Counted from the stretch's first letter, positions 8,910 to 19,225 are shown. The stretch: 29,290 bases of DNA from an uncultured Bacteroidota bacterium (GCA_903929655.1 CAIYVS010000746.1:1-29290), one strand, 5' to 3'. A program made the numbers and translations. Notes: a model not told the origin generated them from the sequence alone.

Positions 8910-11219
8910 CTACCTGTAGAGCTTTTTGTTAGGTTTTGCGCCCATATAGAAAACCAATTCTCCGCCCTTCATGATGTCGGAATGTGTGATATAATTATGT
9001 TCCAGCACTTGCCCATTGAGGAGTATCTTTTGCACATAAACATTCTGATCGCTTTGACCTAGGGCTTTTATAGTAAATGTCTTGCCATTCTCTAAGTGAA
9101 CCAGGGCTTCTTTTACCGAGGGGCTTCCCAGTGAATACCTGTCGGAACCGGGCGCAACCGGATAAAAGCCCAATGCGCTGAAAATATACCAGGCGCTCAT
9201 TTGCCCGCAATCATCATTGCCACTTAATCCGCCAGGTGTAGGGAGATACATTTTCTTCAGTATCATCCGCACTTTTTCCTGCGTCTTCCAGGGCTCGTTG
9301 GTCCAGTTATAGAGATAGGCAATATGGTGCGAAGGCTCATTGCCATGCACATAATTGCCAATAATGCCATCTCTTGTTATATCCTCTGTCTCCTCAAAAA
9401 ATTTATCGGGTAGCTGCATGCTAAACAGGGAATCCAGGTGAGCGACAAAACGTTTTTTACCTCCCATCATTTTTATCAGTTCATCAGGTGCATGTGGCAC
9501 ATACAGACTATAATTCCAGGCATTGCCCTCTATAAAACCGGGCTCATCCGTATTTAAAACATTAAAGTCTTTCTTGAAAGTACCATCACTCAATTTAGGA
9601 CGCATAAAGCCTGCGGAAGGATCATACACATTCTTATAGTTCTCAGAACGTCGAATAAATTCATCATAAATATCCTTCCTGTTCAGTTTTTTTGCCATCT
9701 GGGCAATACACCAATCATCGTAGGCATATTCCAGCGTCTTTGAAACAGAGGACGAATTTTTATCTTCCGGCACATAGCCCATACTCATATAATACCCCAG
9801 GCCATCATAATTTTTATGCGTAGCAGTTGCCACACAGGCATCCAGGGCATGATTTGCATCAAAATGCACATTGCCTTTTACTACAGCATCGGCAATTACA
9901 GATACACTATGGTAACCGATCATGCACCAATTCTCATTGGCATAATGCGACCATATGGGCAGCATATGATGTACACTTTGGTCATAGTGCGCCAACATAG
10001 AACTAATCATATCTGAATTTCTCCTGGCCTGGATGATATTAAATAAGGGGTGTAACGCGCGATGGGTATCCCAGAGAGAAAAGGTGGTATAATTAATAAA
10101 TCCATCTGCCATATGCACTTGTTGGTCCAGGCCTTTGTATGTGCCTGTATCGTCCATATAAATTGTGGGACTTATAAAAGCATGGTACATAGAGGTGTAA
10201 AAAGTCTCCATTTCCTCCTTACGGTCCGATTGAATTTGTATTTTTTCCAATTCCCGCTCCCATTGCGCCTGTCCTGCTTCTTTCACTTTTTCAAAGTCCC
10301 AGCCAGGTATTTCTGAATACAGGTTTTCCAAAGCATAATGAGTGCTGACAGGAGACAAAGCCAGCTTGATTTTGATCTTCTCCCCTTCCCCCGTTTTGAA
10401 ATTAAAATAAGCCCTTATCTGCGTCCCTGCCATTTCAGGAAAGTTTTTATCCATTTTAAATTTTCTCCAGAAGCCTCTATATACCTCTTTCTTCGAATTA
10501 TCCTGAAAACCATAATCTGTGAAGGGTTTTGAGAATGCCATCGCAAAATATACGGTACGGTTCCTGGCCCAGCCGTTTGTTTGCCTGTAGCCTGTAATCA
10601 AAGAATCATTCTCTACTCTTATATATGTCCAGACATTTTTGTCCGGGTAGTTATAGATACCATACATCATGTCCAGGATAATATGGGCATCGTCGGATTT
10701 GGGGAATGTGTATTGATGAAAACCTACCAGGCTGCTAGTGGTGAGCTCGGCAATAATATTATGGTCTTCCAGTTTCACTTTGTAATAGTCAGGTTCTGCT
10801 ACCTCGGTACTATGTGAGTAAGCAGAGCGATAGCCGTTTTCAGGGTGATCTGCCGTACCGGGGTTTAATTGTAAAGTTCCGGTTGTGGGCATTATCAGAA
10901 AATCTCCCAGATCAGAATGCCCGGTGCCGCTAAAATGCGTATGAGTAAATCCTACAATAGTTTTATCATCATACTGGTAACCAGCGCAATATTTATAGAC
11001 ATCTTTATTGTATTTGCCATTTATCTCATAAGGAATGGTATCTGTTTCAGGGCTTAACTGTACCGCACCAAAAGGCACTGTAGCGCCGGGATAAGTATGT
11101 CCCATTTTTTGAGTACCTATAAGCGGGTTTACATAGTCAATTAGTTTTTTCGCCTGTTTGTCTTGTGCCATACAAGCAGAACCGGCAAATAGTAGTATAA
11201 TATTTATAAATTGTCGCAT
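8910..11219 (-). CDS. GH92 alpha-mannosidase, secreted
   Basis: YVNPLIGT, HTYPGATVPFG, FSLWDTHR, EGNAW, HGNEPSHH and GNDDCGQMSAW motifs. Start moved to ATG 11219, which gives a signal peptide (MRQFINIILLFAGSACMA|Q). Confidence 0.93.
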   Translation of the reverse strand: MRQFINIILLFAGSACMAQDKQAKKLIDYVNPLIGTQKMGHTYPGATVPFGAVQLSPETDTIPYEINGKYNKDVYKYCAGYQYDDKTIVGFTHTHFSGTGHSDLGDFLIMPTTGTLQLNPGTADHPENGYRSAYSHSTEVAEPDYYKVKLEDHNIIAELTTSSLVGFHQYTFPKSDDAHIILDMMYGIYNYPDKNVWTYIRVENDSLITGYRQTNGWARNRTVYFAMAFSKPFTDYGFQDNSKKEVYRGFWRKFKMDKNFPEMAGTQIRAYFNFKTGEGEKIKIKLALSPVSTHYALENLYSEIPGWDFEKVKEAGQAQWERELEKIQIQSDRKEEMETFYTSMYHAFISPTIYMDDTGTYKGLDQQVHMADGFINYTTFSLWDTHRALHPLFNIIQARRNSDMISSMLAHYDQSVHHMLPIWSHYANENWCMIGYHSVSVIADAVVKGNVHFDANHALDACVATATHKNYDGLGYYMSMGYVPEDKNSSSVSKTLEYAYDDWCIAQMAKKLNRKDIYDEFIRRSENYKNVYDPSAGFMRPKLSDGTFKKDFNVLNTDEPGFIEGNAWNYSLYVPHAPDELIKMMGGKKRFVAHLDSLFSMQLPDKFFEETEDITRDGIIGNYVHGNEPSHHIAYLYNWTNEPWKTQEKVRMILKKMYLPTPGGLSGNDDCGQMSAWYIFSALGFYPVAPGSDRYSLGSPSVKEALVHLENGKTFTIKALGQSDQNVYVQKILLNGQVLEHNYITHSDIMKGGELVFYMGAKPNKKLYR

Positions 11220-11315
11220 TGGGCAAACATTGTAGCTGTCTGGTTTTAAATGTAACAATAATTATCTGTCAATTTAAAATCTGCTCTTTGTATCTTGCAA
11301 AAACAAAGATCAAAA

Positions 11316-12257
11316 ATGACAGAACCATTAGCGCTCGGCATTGATATAGGCGGAACAAAAACGGCTTTCGGCCTGGTGAACAGGGAAGCGAAAATAGTAT
11401 TAAATGGCAGCATACCCACTACAGGGCATGGTGCTGTAGAGCAGTATGTTATGGCATTGAAAGAAGCCATCGAACCTATTTTAGAGCAGGCAGGAAAAAA
11501 TAATATTATAGGCGGCGGCGCAGGAGCGCCGAATGGCAATTATTATACAGGAGAAATCATGTTTGCCCCAAACTTACCCTGGCATGGCGTTATCCCTTTA
11601 GCTAAACTTTTATCAGATGCACTCGGAATTAAAATAAAGCTCAACAATGATGCTAATGCTGCCGCAATCGGAGAAATGACTTATGGAGTGGCAAAAGGCA
11701 TGAAGGATTTTATATTGGTTACCCTTGGCACAGGTGTAGGCAGCGGGTTTGTTGCTAACGGGCAATTGATATACGGGCATGACGGCTTTGCAGGGGAACT
11801 GGGACATGTCATTGCAGTGAGAGACGGGAGGAAATGCGGTTGCGGGCGTAATGGTTGTCTTGAAACCTATGCATCGGCAACCGGAGTTGTACGCACTGCC
11901 GAACAATGGCTTGAAGAAAGGAGTGATGCTACTTTATTAAGAGAACTCAAAGGCAAAATAACATCCGAAACTATATTTGAAGCTGCAGAAAAAGGAGACG
12001 TGTTTGCCCTTGAAATATTTGATTATACAGCAAAGATATTAGGACAAACCCTGGCCGATATGGTAGCCATCACATCACCACAAGCCATTATTTTCTTTGG
12101 CGGACTTTCCCAGGCAGGAGATATACTATTGAAGCCTGTGAAAAAATATATGGAAGAAACTATGCTGAACATTTTTAAGAACAAAGTGGCCATTTTACAA
12201 TCAGCCTTCAGCGACGCCAATGCAGCTATACTGGGAGCCAGTTCTATGGCATGGTAA
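11316..12257 (+). CDS. ROK family sugar kinase (glucokinase-like)
   Basis: GIDIGGT ATP loop, NNDANAAA, GELGH and the zinc motif CGCGRNGCLE. No N-terminal HTH, so a kinase rather than a repressor. Start set to ATG 11316 (ORF track starts at 11295). Confidence 0.92.
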   Translation: MTEPLALGIDIGGTKTAFGLVNREAKIVLNGSIPTTGHGAVEQYVMALKEAIEPILEQAGKNNIIGGGAGAPNGNYYTGEIMFAPNLPWHGVIPLAKLLSDALGIKIKLNNDANAAAIGEMTYGVAKGMKDFILVTLGTGVGSGFVANGQLIYGHDGFAGELGHVIAVRDGRKCGCGRNGCLETYASATGVVRTAEQWLEERSDATLLRELKGKITSETIFEAAEKGDVFALEIFDYTAKILGQTLADMVAITSPQAIIFFGGLSQAGDILLKPVKKYMEETMLNIFKNKVAILQSAFSDANAAILGASSMAW

Positions 12258-12258
12258 T

Positions 12259-12290
12259 GATTTGACAACTTTTCGAGAAGTTGTCAAATC
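12259..12290. terminator. Bidirectional hairpin terminator between the convergent ROK and GH125 genes
   Basis: Perfect 13-bp inverted repeat GATTTGACAACTT-ttcgag-AAGTTGTCAAATC filling the 40-nt gap between two stop codons. Confidence 0.75.
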
Positions 12291-12297
12291 TGGCTCT

Positions 12298-13716
12298 TTA
12301 TGCAAGCAGATGCGGCCTTTCCCGGTAAACCTTCCAAACAAACTCACCAAACAAAGTATTGGCCCAGGCAAACCATGAACGGGTAAATTTGGTTGCATCA
12401 TCTTTGTAAAACGACTCATGCATAAAACCTGTACCTGCATGTGTATGTTGCAAAGTGTCAAGGCAGTACTTTACTTCCTTATCATCATTGCTTGTTAAAC
12501 CACGCATAATGATACTCATAGGCCATATATAATCCATGCCTACATGCGGCCCACCGCCGCCTTCTGCAACCTTGCCTTTAAAGAAAAAGGGATTATCTTC
12601 CGACAAAACATATTTCCGGGTATCCTGGCAAACTTCGTCATCTTTCATCAGGGGTATTAAATACTGCAATGACAAAAGCGATGGAATATTGGCATCATCC
12701 ATCAGGTTAAAACTTCCGAATCCATTCACTTCATAAGCATATATCTCACCAAATTTTTCAGTCTTGATTTTAGCATTTTGGTCCAGGCCATTGTTTATTT
12801 GTTTTACAAGTGCATCTATTTCAGACGTATCCAGCTTACTTTTTACATTACCCGCAATGACAGACAACTGCATCAGAGAATGCATAGCAAAGAAATTACT
12901 TGGTATTAAATATGGATAGATGGTGGCATCATCGCTTGGTCTGAACATAGAGCAGATCAAACCATTAGGTTTTACCGGGTTGCCATAGCCATTCATCGGC
13001 AGCGTATCTGTTGAACTGGTTGTGCGTCGTTGGAAACTATAAGGTCCATGACCATCAAAACGCTGTTGTTCCTTAAATGTTTTAATGACCAGTTTCATAG
13101 CCTCAAACCACTCTTCATCAAATGCAGAACTGTCTCCTGTTGTTTCCCAGTAACCATATGCCAGGCGAATAGGATAACACAAACTATCCACTTCCCATTT
13201 GCGTTCATGTATGCCACGCCGCATTTCGGTATTGTCCTTATGCCATTCGCTCAGCTTATGCTCATTCTTATAAAATGCATTGGCGTAGGGATCCCTGATA
13301 ATACATTTTGCCTGCCTGTGGATGACACCTTTAATTAATTGTTGTAAGTCTTTATCTTCTTTGCACAATGGCAAATAGGGCCATACCTGGGCAGATGAAT
13401 CCCTGAGCCACATGGCATCTATATCGCCTGTAATCACGTAGGTATCCGGCTTACCATCTATCATATCAAAATCAACGGTGGTATCCAGTGTATTAGGGAA
13501 ACAGTTCTCAAACATCCAGCCTATCTCTTTATTACCAATGTTCTTTTTCACTTCAGCTATCACTTTTTCCACTGCTTTGCTCTTAAACCTTCTTTTCTTT
13601 TCTTCTATACGCACTACCGGGAAAACGGCATTGCTGCTTTTGCTGAAAGAATAGGGAGCGATCAAAACACCAGCAGCTACCAGCGAGGATTGAGCAATAA
13701 AACGCCTTCTGTTCAT
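12298..13716 (-). CDS. GH125 exo-alpha-1,6-mannosidase, Tat signal
   Basis: CFPNTLDTT, ITGDIDAMWLRDS, ERKWEVDSLC, MDDANIPSLL and FTRSWFAWAN motifs; N-terminal MNRRRF twin-arginine leader. Confidence 0.93.
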   Translation of the reverse strand: MNRRRFIAQSSLVAAGVLIAPYSFSKSSNAVFPVVRIEEKKRRFKSKAVEKVIAEVKKNIGNKEIGWMFENCFPNTLDTTVDFDMIDGKPDTYVITGDIDAMWLRDSSAQVWPYLPLCKEDKDLQQLIKGVIHRQAKCIIRDPYANAFYKNEHKLSEWHKDNTEMRRGIHERKWEVDSLCYPIRLAYGYWETTGDSSAFDEEWFEAMKLVIKTFKEQQRFDGHGPYSFQRRTTSSTDTLPMNGYGNPVKPNGLICSMFRPSDDATIYPYLIPSNFFAMHSLMQLSVIAGNVKSKLDTSEIDALVKQINNGLDQNAKIKTEKFGEIYAYEVNGFGSFNLMDDANIPSLLSLQYLIPLMKDDEVCQDTRKYVLSEDNPFFFKGKVAEGGGGPHVGMDYIWPMSIIMRGLTSNDDKEVKYCLDTLQHTHAGTGFMHESFYKDDATKFTRSWFAWANTLFGEFVWKVYRERPHLLA

Positions 13717-13802
13717 AGCTTAAATGTATAAAGAACTTAGATATAAACATACAAGCTTCTGAAAAGGTAAACTTATAGTATATTTAATCCAAACATGGAA
13801 AA

Positions 13803-16043
13803 ATGACTGCTTCTGCAATAAGAAAATACTGCTCCGTAATTATAGTATGTTTTTCATTTATAACACCTTCTACCCACGCTCAAAACCTCACCCGCTATGT
13901 AAACCCATTCATAGGTACAGGCGGGCACGGGCATACTTATCCCGGTGCTACCGTTCCTTTTGGCATGGTGCAATTAAGCCCCGATAATGGCTCTGAGGGC
14001 TGGGACTGGTGCAGCGGATATAATTACAGCGATTCTACCATAGCAGGCTTCAGCCATATGCATCTTAGCGGTACAGGCTGTGGCGACTGGACAGATATCT
14101 CCGTTATGCCCAATACAGGACTTTTCCCGGATACCGGCAGGTTCTTTAAAGTAAAATTCAGCCATACGAATGAAAAAGCAAGCCCTGGTTATTATAGTGT
14201 AAAATTGGACAATGGCATTGAAGCCGAATTGGCCGCGACTGAAAGATGTGGTTTTCACAAATATACCTTCCCTGCAAATTGTAAACCTGTTATCCGTTTT
14301 GATCTTGGTTACAATATTAATTATGACGAACCCATGGAGACCTCTTTACAAAAGATAGATGATTCCACCATTGTCGGATACCGTTATTCAAAAGGCTGGG
14401 CGCAGGTGCAGAAAGTTTATTTCGCAGCGCGTACTTCTGTCCCATTCAGCAAGTTATACTTTTCAGAAAAACAAAAAGACAATGAGTCGGGCCTAAAAGC
14501 AAAAATGGTAAGGGGCCAGTTAATATTTGAAAATGCTGCGGGTAAAACCATTATGATGAAAGTGGCATTATCTACCGTCAACACCAATAAAGCTTTGCAA
14601 AACTTAAATGAGATAAAGGGCTGGGACTTTAACAAAGTAAGAACTGATGCTGAACAAAAGTGGGAAACAGAGCTGGAAAAGATACAGATCAATACCACAG
14701 ATAATAACCTAAGAACCATATTTTATACGGCGCTCTACCATACCTGTATGGCTCCTGTATTATACTCCGATCCTGACGGCTACTACAAAAATGCAAAAGG
14801 GAATGTCTTAAAAATGAAGAAGGGACAGCGTTATACTGTTTTCTCATTATGGGATACCTTCCGGGGACTGAACCCTTTATTTACCATAACACAAACCGGA
14901 AGGGACCTGGATATATTGAACAGCATGTTAGCCTTTTGCGATGAGAATGGCCTTTTACCTGTCTGGGACCTCAGCACTTTCGAAACAAATTGCATGAGCG
15001 GTTACCATGCGGTGCCGGTGCTGGCAGATGCGGTGCTGAAAGATTTTCCCGGACTGGATGCGGAACGTGCTTATGAGGCCATGAAAAAAAGCGCCTTCCA
15101 AACCATGAGGGGCATACCCTTTTATATTCAATATGGCTATATACCGCAGGATAAAATGGGACAAAGCGTTACTTATACTTTGGAATATGCCTATGACGAC
15201 TGGTGTATAGCACAAGTGGCAAAAAAATTAGGCAAGACAGAAGACTATAAACTTTTTATGAATAGGGCCAATGCATACACATTGCTCTTTGACAAAAAAA
15301 CGGGTTTTATAAGAGGCAAAAATGCAAACGGCGATTGGGTTTTGCCTTTCGACCCTTATGTATCTACTGTTGTGGAAGGGCAGTCTATGTATGAAGAAGG
15401 GAATGCATGGCAGTACACTTTTTTTGTTCCTCACGATGTAAGAGGCCTTGCTAAAGAATATGGCAACTATGATAAATTCATACAAAAATTGGATTCTCTC
15501 TTCACAGTTTCCTCTGAGGTAAAAGGCGAGAACAAACCGCCTGATGTAAGCGGCCTCATAGGCCAATACGCTCATGGCAACGAGCCAAGTCACCATATTG
15601 CCTATATGTATGATTTTGTAGGCGCACCCTGGAAAACACAGCAGAAGATCAGGATGATCGTAGATTCCATGTACCATAATAATATGGACGGATATGCAGG
15701 CAATGAAGATTGCGGGCAGATGAGCGCATGGGCCATCTGGAGCATCATGGGTTTTTATCCTGCAAATCCTGCAGGCGGAGAATATGTTTTTGGCAGCCCA
15801 ATGCTGGATGATGTATCCATCAAATTAGCAGGCAATAAGACCATGCACATAAAGACTATCAATAACGCCAAGAACCATCCATATATACAGGCTGTAACAT
15901 TGAATGGCAAACCTTATACAAAGGTGTATATAGATCACTCTACATTAATGCAGGGCGGTGAAATGGTCTTTACAATGGGTGAGCAAGCCAATAAAAAATG
16001 GGGCCAGAATAAAGAAGACTGGCCAGCATCTGTGCACAATTAA
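13803..16043 (+). CDS. GH92 alpha-mannosidase, secreted
   Basis: YVNPFIGTGGHGHTYPG, FSLWDTFR, EEGNAWQY, GQYAHGNEPSHH and GNEDCGQMSAW motifs; signal peptide ending THA|Q. Confidence 0.95.
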   Translation: MTASAIRKYCSVIIVCFSFITPSTHAQNLTRYVNPFIGTGGHGHTYPGATVPFGMVQLSPDNGSEGWDWCSGYNYSDSTIAGFSHMHLSGTGCGDWTDISVMPNTGLFPDTGRFFKVKFSHTNEKASPGYYSVKLDNGIEAELAATERCGFHKYTFPANCKPVIRFDLGYNINYDEPMETSLQKIDDSTIVGYRYSKGWAQVQKVYFAARTSVPFSKLYFSEKQKDNESGLKAKMVRGQLIFENAAGKTIMMKVALSTVNTNKALQNLNEIKGWDFNKVRTDAEQKWETELEKIQINTTDNNLRTIFYTALYHTCMAPVLYSDPDGYYKNAKGNVLKMKKGQRYTVFSLWDTFRGLNPLFTITQTGRDLDILNSMLAFCDENGLLPVWDLSTFETNCMSGYHAVPVLADAVLKDFPGLDAERAYEAMKKSAFQTMRGIPFYIQYGYIPQDKMGQSVTYTLEYAYDDWCIAQVAKKLGKTEDYKLFMNRANAYTLLFDKKTGFIRGKNANGDWVLPFDPYVSTVVEGQSMYEEGNAWQYTFFVPHDVRGLAKEYGNYDKFIQKLDSLFTVSSEVKGENKPPDVSGLIGQYAHGNEPSHHIAYMYDFVGAPWKTQQKIRMIVDSMYHNNMDGYAGNEDCGQMSAWAIWSIMGFYPANPAGGEYVFGSPMLDDVSIKLAGNKTMHIKTINNAKNHPYIQAVTLNGKPYTKVYIDHSTLMQGGEMVFTMGEQANKKWGQNKEDWPASVHN

Positions 16044-16055
16044 TATACTAGGACC

Positions 16056-18686
16056 ATGTTTAATAAACTTTTTATTCTTGCAGTTCTTATTTCCATGATT
16101 ACATATCCCGTTTCCGGGCATGAACATGAATTGAATTCAGGATGGAAATGCTACCAGGCTTCAAAAGTCAATAGTAAAGGAGAGGAAATTTCCCTGCCAT
16201 CATTTCCGATAGCGTCGTGGATGCCGGCAGTAGTTCCCGGAACTGTTTTAACATCATTATTAAAAAACAAACAGATCCCTGATCCTTATTTCGGCTTGAA
16301 TAATGAAAAGATCCCCGATCTGAATAATACCGGGCCGGCATATTATACTTATTGGTTTGTAAATGATTTTAAAGAAGCTGAGGCTGCGCCTGATGAACAG
16401 GTTTGGCTGAACTGCAGGGGCATAAATTACAGCTTTGAGATTTACCTGAATGGAAATAAAATAAGCTCGCTTGACAAGGGCATGTTTCTAAGGCATACCT
16501 ATAATATAACGAAGTACCTGGCAAAGGATGGCAATAACCGACTTGCTGTTATTGTTTATCCTCCATCACCTGCAGGCAATGCCAATGGGGGCCAGGGCGG
16601 CGATGGCATGATAGCCCATAGTGTTACCAACCAATATGTAGCCGGATGGGATTGGATACAGCCCGTACATGACCGTAATACCGGTATCTGGGACAATATC
16701 TCCATACAAAGAACAGGGCTGATAAAAATAAACAACCCGCATATTGTAACTAAAGTGCCCGAAGCACGAAACCCCTTGGAACACCAGGACCCGGCCATAC
16801 TGAAAGTCTCTGCCGAACTGGAAAACCCAACAGACAATGGACTGGAAGGATATTTACAATATACTGTTGAAGAACAGGAAATTTCGCAGATCGTATTTAT
16901 TCCTGCCAGGACAACAAAACTTGTTAAGCTGGAAGACCTGCAAATTAAAAGCCCCAGGCTATGGTGGCCCAATGGATATGGCAAACAAGAGCTTTACAAA
17001 CTGAAGTACCGTTTTATTATTGACAGGCATCCTATACCATCAGATTCCGGCGAAATCACTTTTGGCATAAGGGAATTATCAAGTGCCTTGAATACAAAAA
17101 CCCTGAGCCGTGAGATATATGTAAATGGCCGGAAAATTTTTATAAAAGGAGGCAACTGGACACCTTCGGATGCGATGTTGCAATTATCAAAAGAGCGGTA
17201 TGATGCACAAGTGCGTTTTCATAAGGAGATGAACCTGAACCTGATCCGTGTATGGGGCGGTGGTATTACTGAACGCCCTGAATTTTATGAAGCCTGCGAT
17301 AAATACGGACTACTGGTGTTCCAGGAGTTTTGGATAAGCGGGGATTGTAATGGCGCATGGAACGACCCTATGAAACTGGAGGACACCAGCGTACGCCGGA
17401 AATATCCGGACGATCACCAACTATTTATTGCCTCTGCTGCCGACCAGATCAGGATGTTGCGCAATCACCCTTCTTTAGCTATATGGTGCGGAGGCAACGA
17501 GATAAAGCCCCCTAAAGATATACTTACTGCACTTCGCGATTCGCTGCTCCCTTCTTTAGATGGCACACGGTACTTCTTTCCTTATTCTAATGATGACAGC
17601 ATGTCTTACCAAAGTGGTGACGGACCTTACGTGATACAAGACCCAAAATATTTCTGGGAGCACAAGTCTTTCCCCTTCAATTCAGAAATCGGCTCTGTAG
17701 GCATAGGAGATTATGAATCGCTGGAGCGGGTCATTCCTAAAGAACATCTTGTTATCCCCGAACATTTTTCAAAAACCGAAAAACCGAAGTTTGACACAGT
17801 CTGGAATTATCACAAATACATCAGCTACGGGAAATATATTGATGCATACGGGAAACCCAAGAACCTGCAGGATTTCGCCAAAAGAGCACAACTGGTTAAC
17901 TATGAGCAATACCGCTCTATGATGGAAGGCTTTACATCTCATATGTGGGATTGGTACACTGGCTTTATCGTATGGAAAACACAAAACCCCTGGACGGCTT
18001 TACTGGGCGAAATGTATGACCACTACCTTGATCCTAATGCATGCTTATATGGTATAAGTGAAGGCGCAAAGCCTGTACATGCCATGTTCGATCGCTGGGA
18101 TAGTTCCATAGTACTGGCAAACAATACCCTCAACCCGATTCCCAATGTTACCCTATTGGTGAGAACTTATGACATTAGCGGCAAATCTTCAATCATAGTG
18201 GCAGCCCATGCGCCTTTAGCTACCAGTACTGCCTACAGATACGTTTCAGTTAGAAATGAACTAAAAGATATTGAAAAACAAAGCTTGCAAAAAGCCGATT
18301 TTGTTTCAGTACAATTGCTTGACTGGCACGAGGATGTAATAGATGAGAACCTGTATTGCCTGCCAGATACCAATGGTAATTATACCAGGTTACAGCAAAT
18401 GCATAAAGCCAATTTAAAAATTAGTGCTAAACTAGTTTCTGATGGAAAAATTGAAGTAAGATTAGACGATCCTAAGGACAATCCCATAGCTTATTTCAAC
18501 AGGTTGTCACTTGTTGATCCTAAAACAAAGAAACGAATATTGCCTGTTTTCTATTCTGATAATTACGTATCCGTTCTTCCCGGTGCAAGCAAAAGTGTAA
18601 CGCTTGAATACAGCCCGCAAAAAATCCAACCTATGTTATGTATAGAGGGATGGAATGTACCGAAACAATACATCCCGATACATTAA
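16056..18686 (+). CDS. GH2 glycosidase, beta-mannosidase / mannosylglycoprotein endo-beta-mannosidase-like
   Basis: QYVAGWDWIQPVHDRNTGIWD, FIKGGNW, LIRVWGGG, QEFWISGD, RNHPSLAIWCGGNE (acid/base Glu) and FNSEIG (nucleophile Glu); signal peptide. Confidence 0.88.
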   Translation: MFNKLFILAVLISMITYPVSGHEHELNSGWKCYQASKVNSKGEEISLPSFPIASWMPAVVPGTVLTSLLKNKQIPDPYFGLNNEKIPDLNNTGPAYYTYWFVNDFKEAEAAPDEQVWLNCRGINYSFEIYLNGNKISSLDKGMFLRHTYNITKYLAKDGNNRLAVIVYPPSPAGNANGGQGGDGMIAHSVTNQYVAGWDWIQPVHDRNTGIWDNISIQRTGLIKINNPHIVTKVPEARNPLEHQDPAILKVSAELENPTDNGLEGYLQYTVEEQEISQIVFIPARTTKLVKLEDLQIKSPRLWWPNGYGKQELYKLKYRFIIDRHPIPSDSGEITFGIRELSSALNTKTLSREIYVNGRKIFIKGGNWTPSDAMLQLSKERYDAQVRFHKEMNLNLIRVWGGGITERPEFYEACDKYGLLVFQEFWISGDCNGAWNDPMKLEDTSVRRKYPDDHQLFIASAADQIRMLRNHPSLAIWCGGNEIKPPKDILTALRDSLLPSLDGTRYFFPYSNDDSMSYQSGDGPYVIQDPKYFWEHKSFPFNSEIGSVGIGDYESLERVIPKEHLVIPEHFSKTEKPKFDTVWNYHKYISYGKYIDAYGKPKNLQDFAKRAQLVNYEQYRSMMEGFTSHMWDWYTGFIVWKTQNPWTALLGEMYDHYLDPNACLYGISEGAKPVHAMFDRWDSSIVLANNTLNPIPNVTLLVRTYDISGKSSIIVAAHAPLATSTAYRYVSVRNELKDIEKQSLQKADFVSVQLLDWHEDVIDENLYCLPDTNGNYTRLQQMHKANLKISAKLVSDGKIEVRLDDPKDNPIAYFNRLSLVDPKTKKRILPVFYSDNYVSVLPGASKSVTLEYSPQKIQPMLCIEGWNVPKQYIPIH

Positions 18687-19225
18687 CCGGGACATTCATC
18701 GGATGGAGATAATCCTTCTTTGTCTTTTGTCAGTATAGCTTTGCCATCTTTAAATGTGATGATCCATATACTGTCAAAATCATTATCATCCCATTTCAGG
18801 GCAGGGTCTTTTATACCCAGGGCGTGTACAATACCTGATATGGCATGGTGTTCCCACACTACCAGCACGGTGCCCTTTTTCGCTTTGATGTCCTTTGCTA
18901 TCTGCAGGGTATCCTTGTTTGCATATTTGCTATTCAGGACAAGATTATACTTTACAGCCATGGGTGTAGCAGTCTCAAACATACGGGCATGTTTTGTGCC
19001 CTTCTTCATTTCCAAAACAGGCACATAGGTATAATCGGGCACACCAAATTTATCATGTAATACTTTGGGCAATTGCAAGGCCCGGTTCAGCCCCTTACAG
19101 GTAAGATTATCGCCTTTTTCCGGCTTTTCGCCATGACGGATAAATACCACTTTGAGATCAGTTTGAGAGAAAACCGGGCTGAAAGCAAGGACGCTAAGAA
19201 CGAGTATGAATAATTGTTTTTTCAT
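18683..19225 (-). CDS. Secreted histidine phosphatase superfamily protein
   Basis: FIRHGEK catalytic motif, later LVVWEH, and signal peptide MKKQLFILVLSVLAFSPVFS|Q. Confidence 0.8.
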   Translation of the reverse strand: MKKQLFILVLSVLAFSPVFSQTDLKVVFIRHGEKPEKGDNLTCKGLNRALQLPKVLHDKFGVPDYTYVPVLEMKKGTKHARMFETATPMAVKYNLVLNSKYANKDTLQIAKDIKAKKGTVLVVWEHHAISGIVHALGIKDPALKWDDNDFDSIWIITFKDGKAILTKDKEGLSPSDECPG

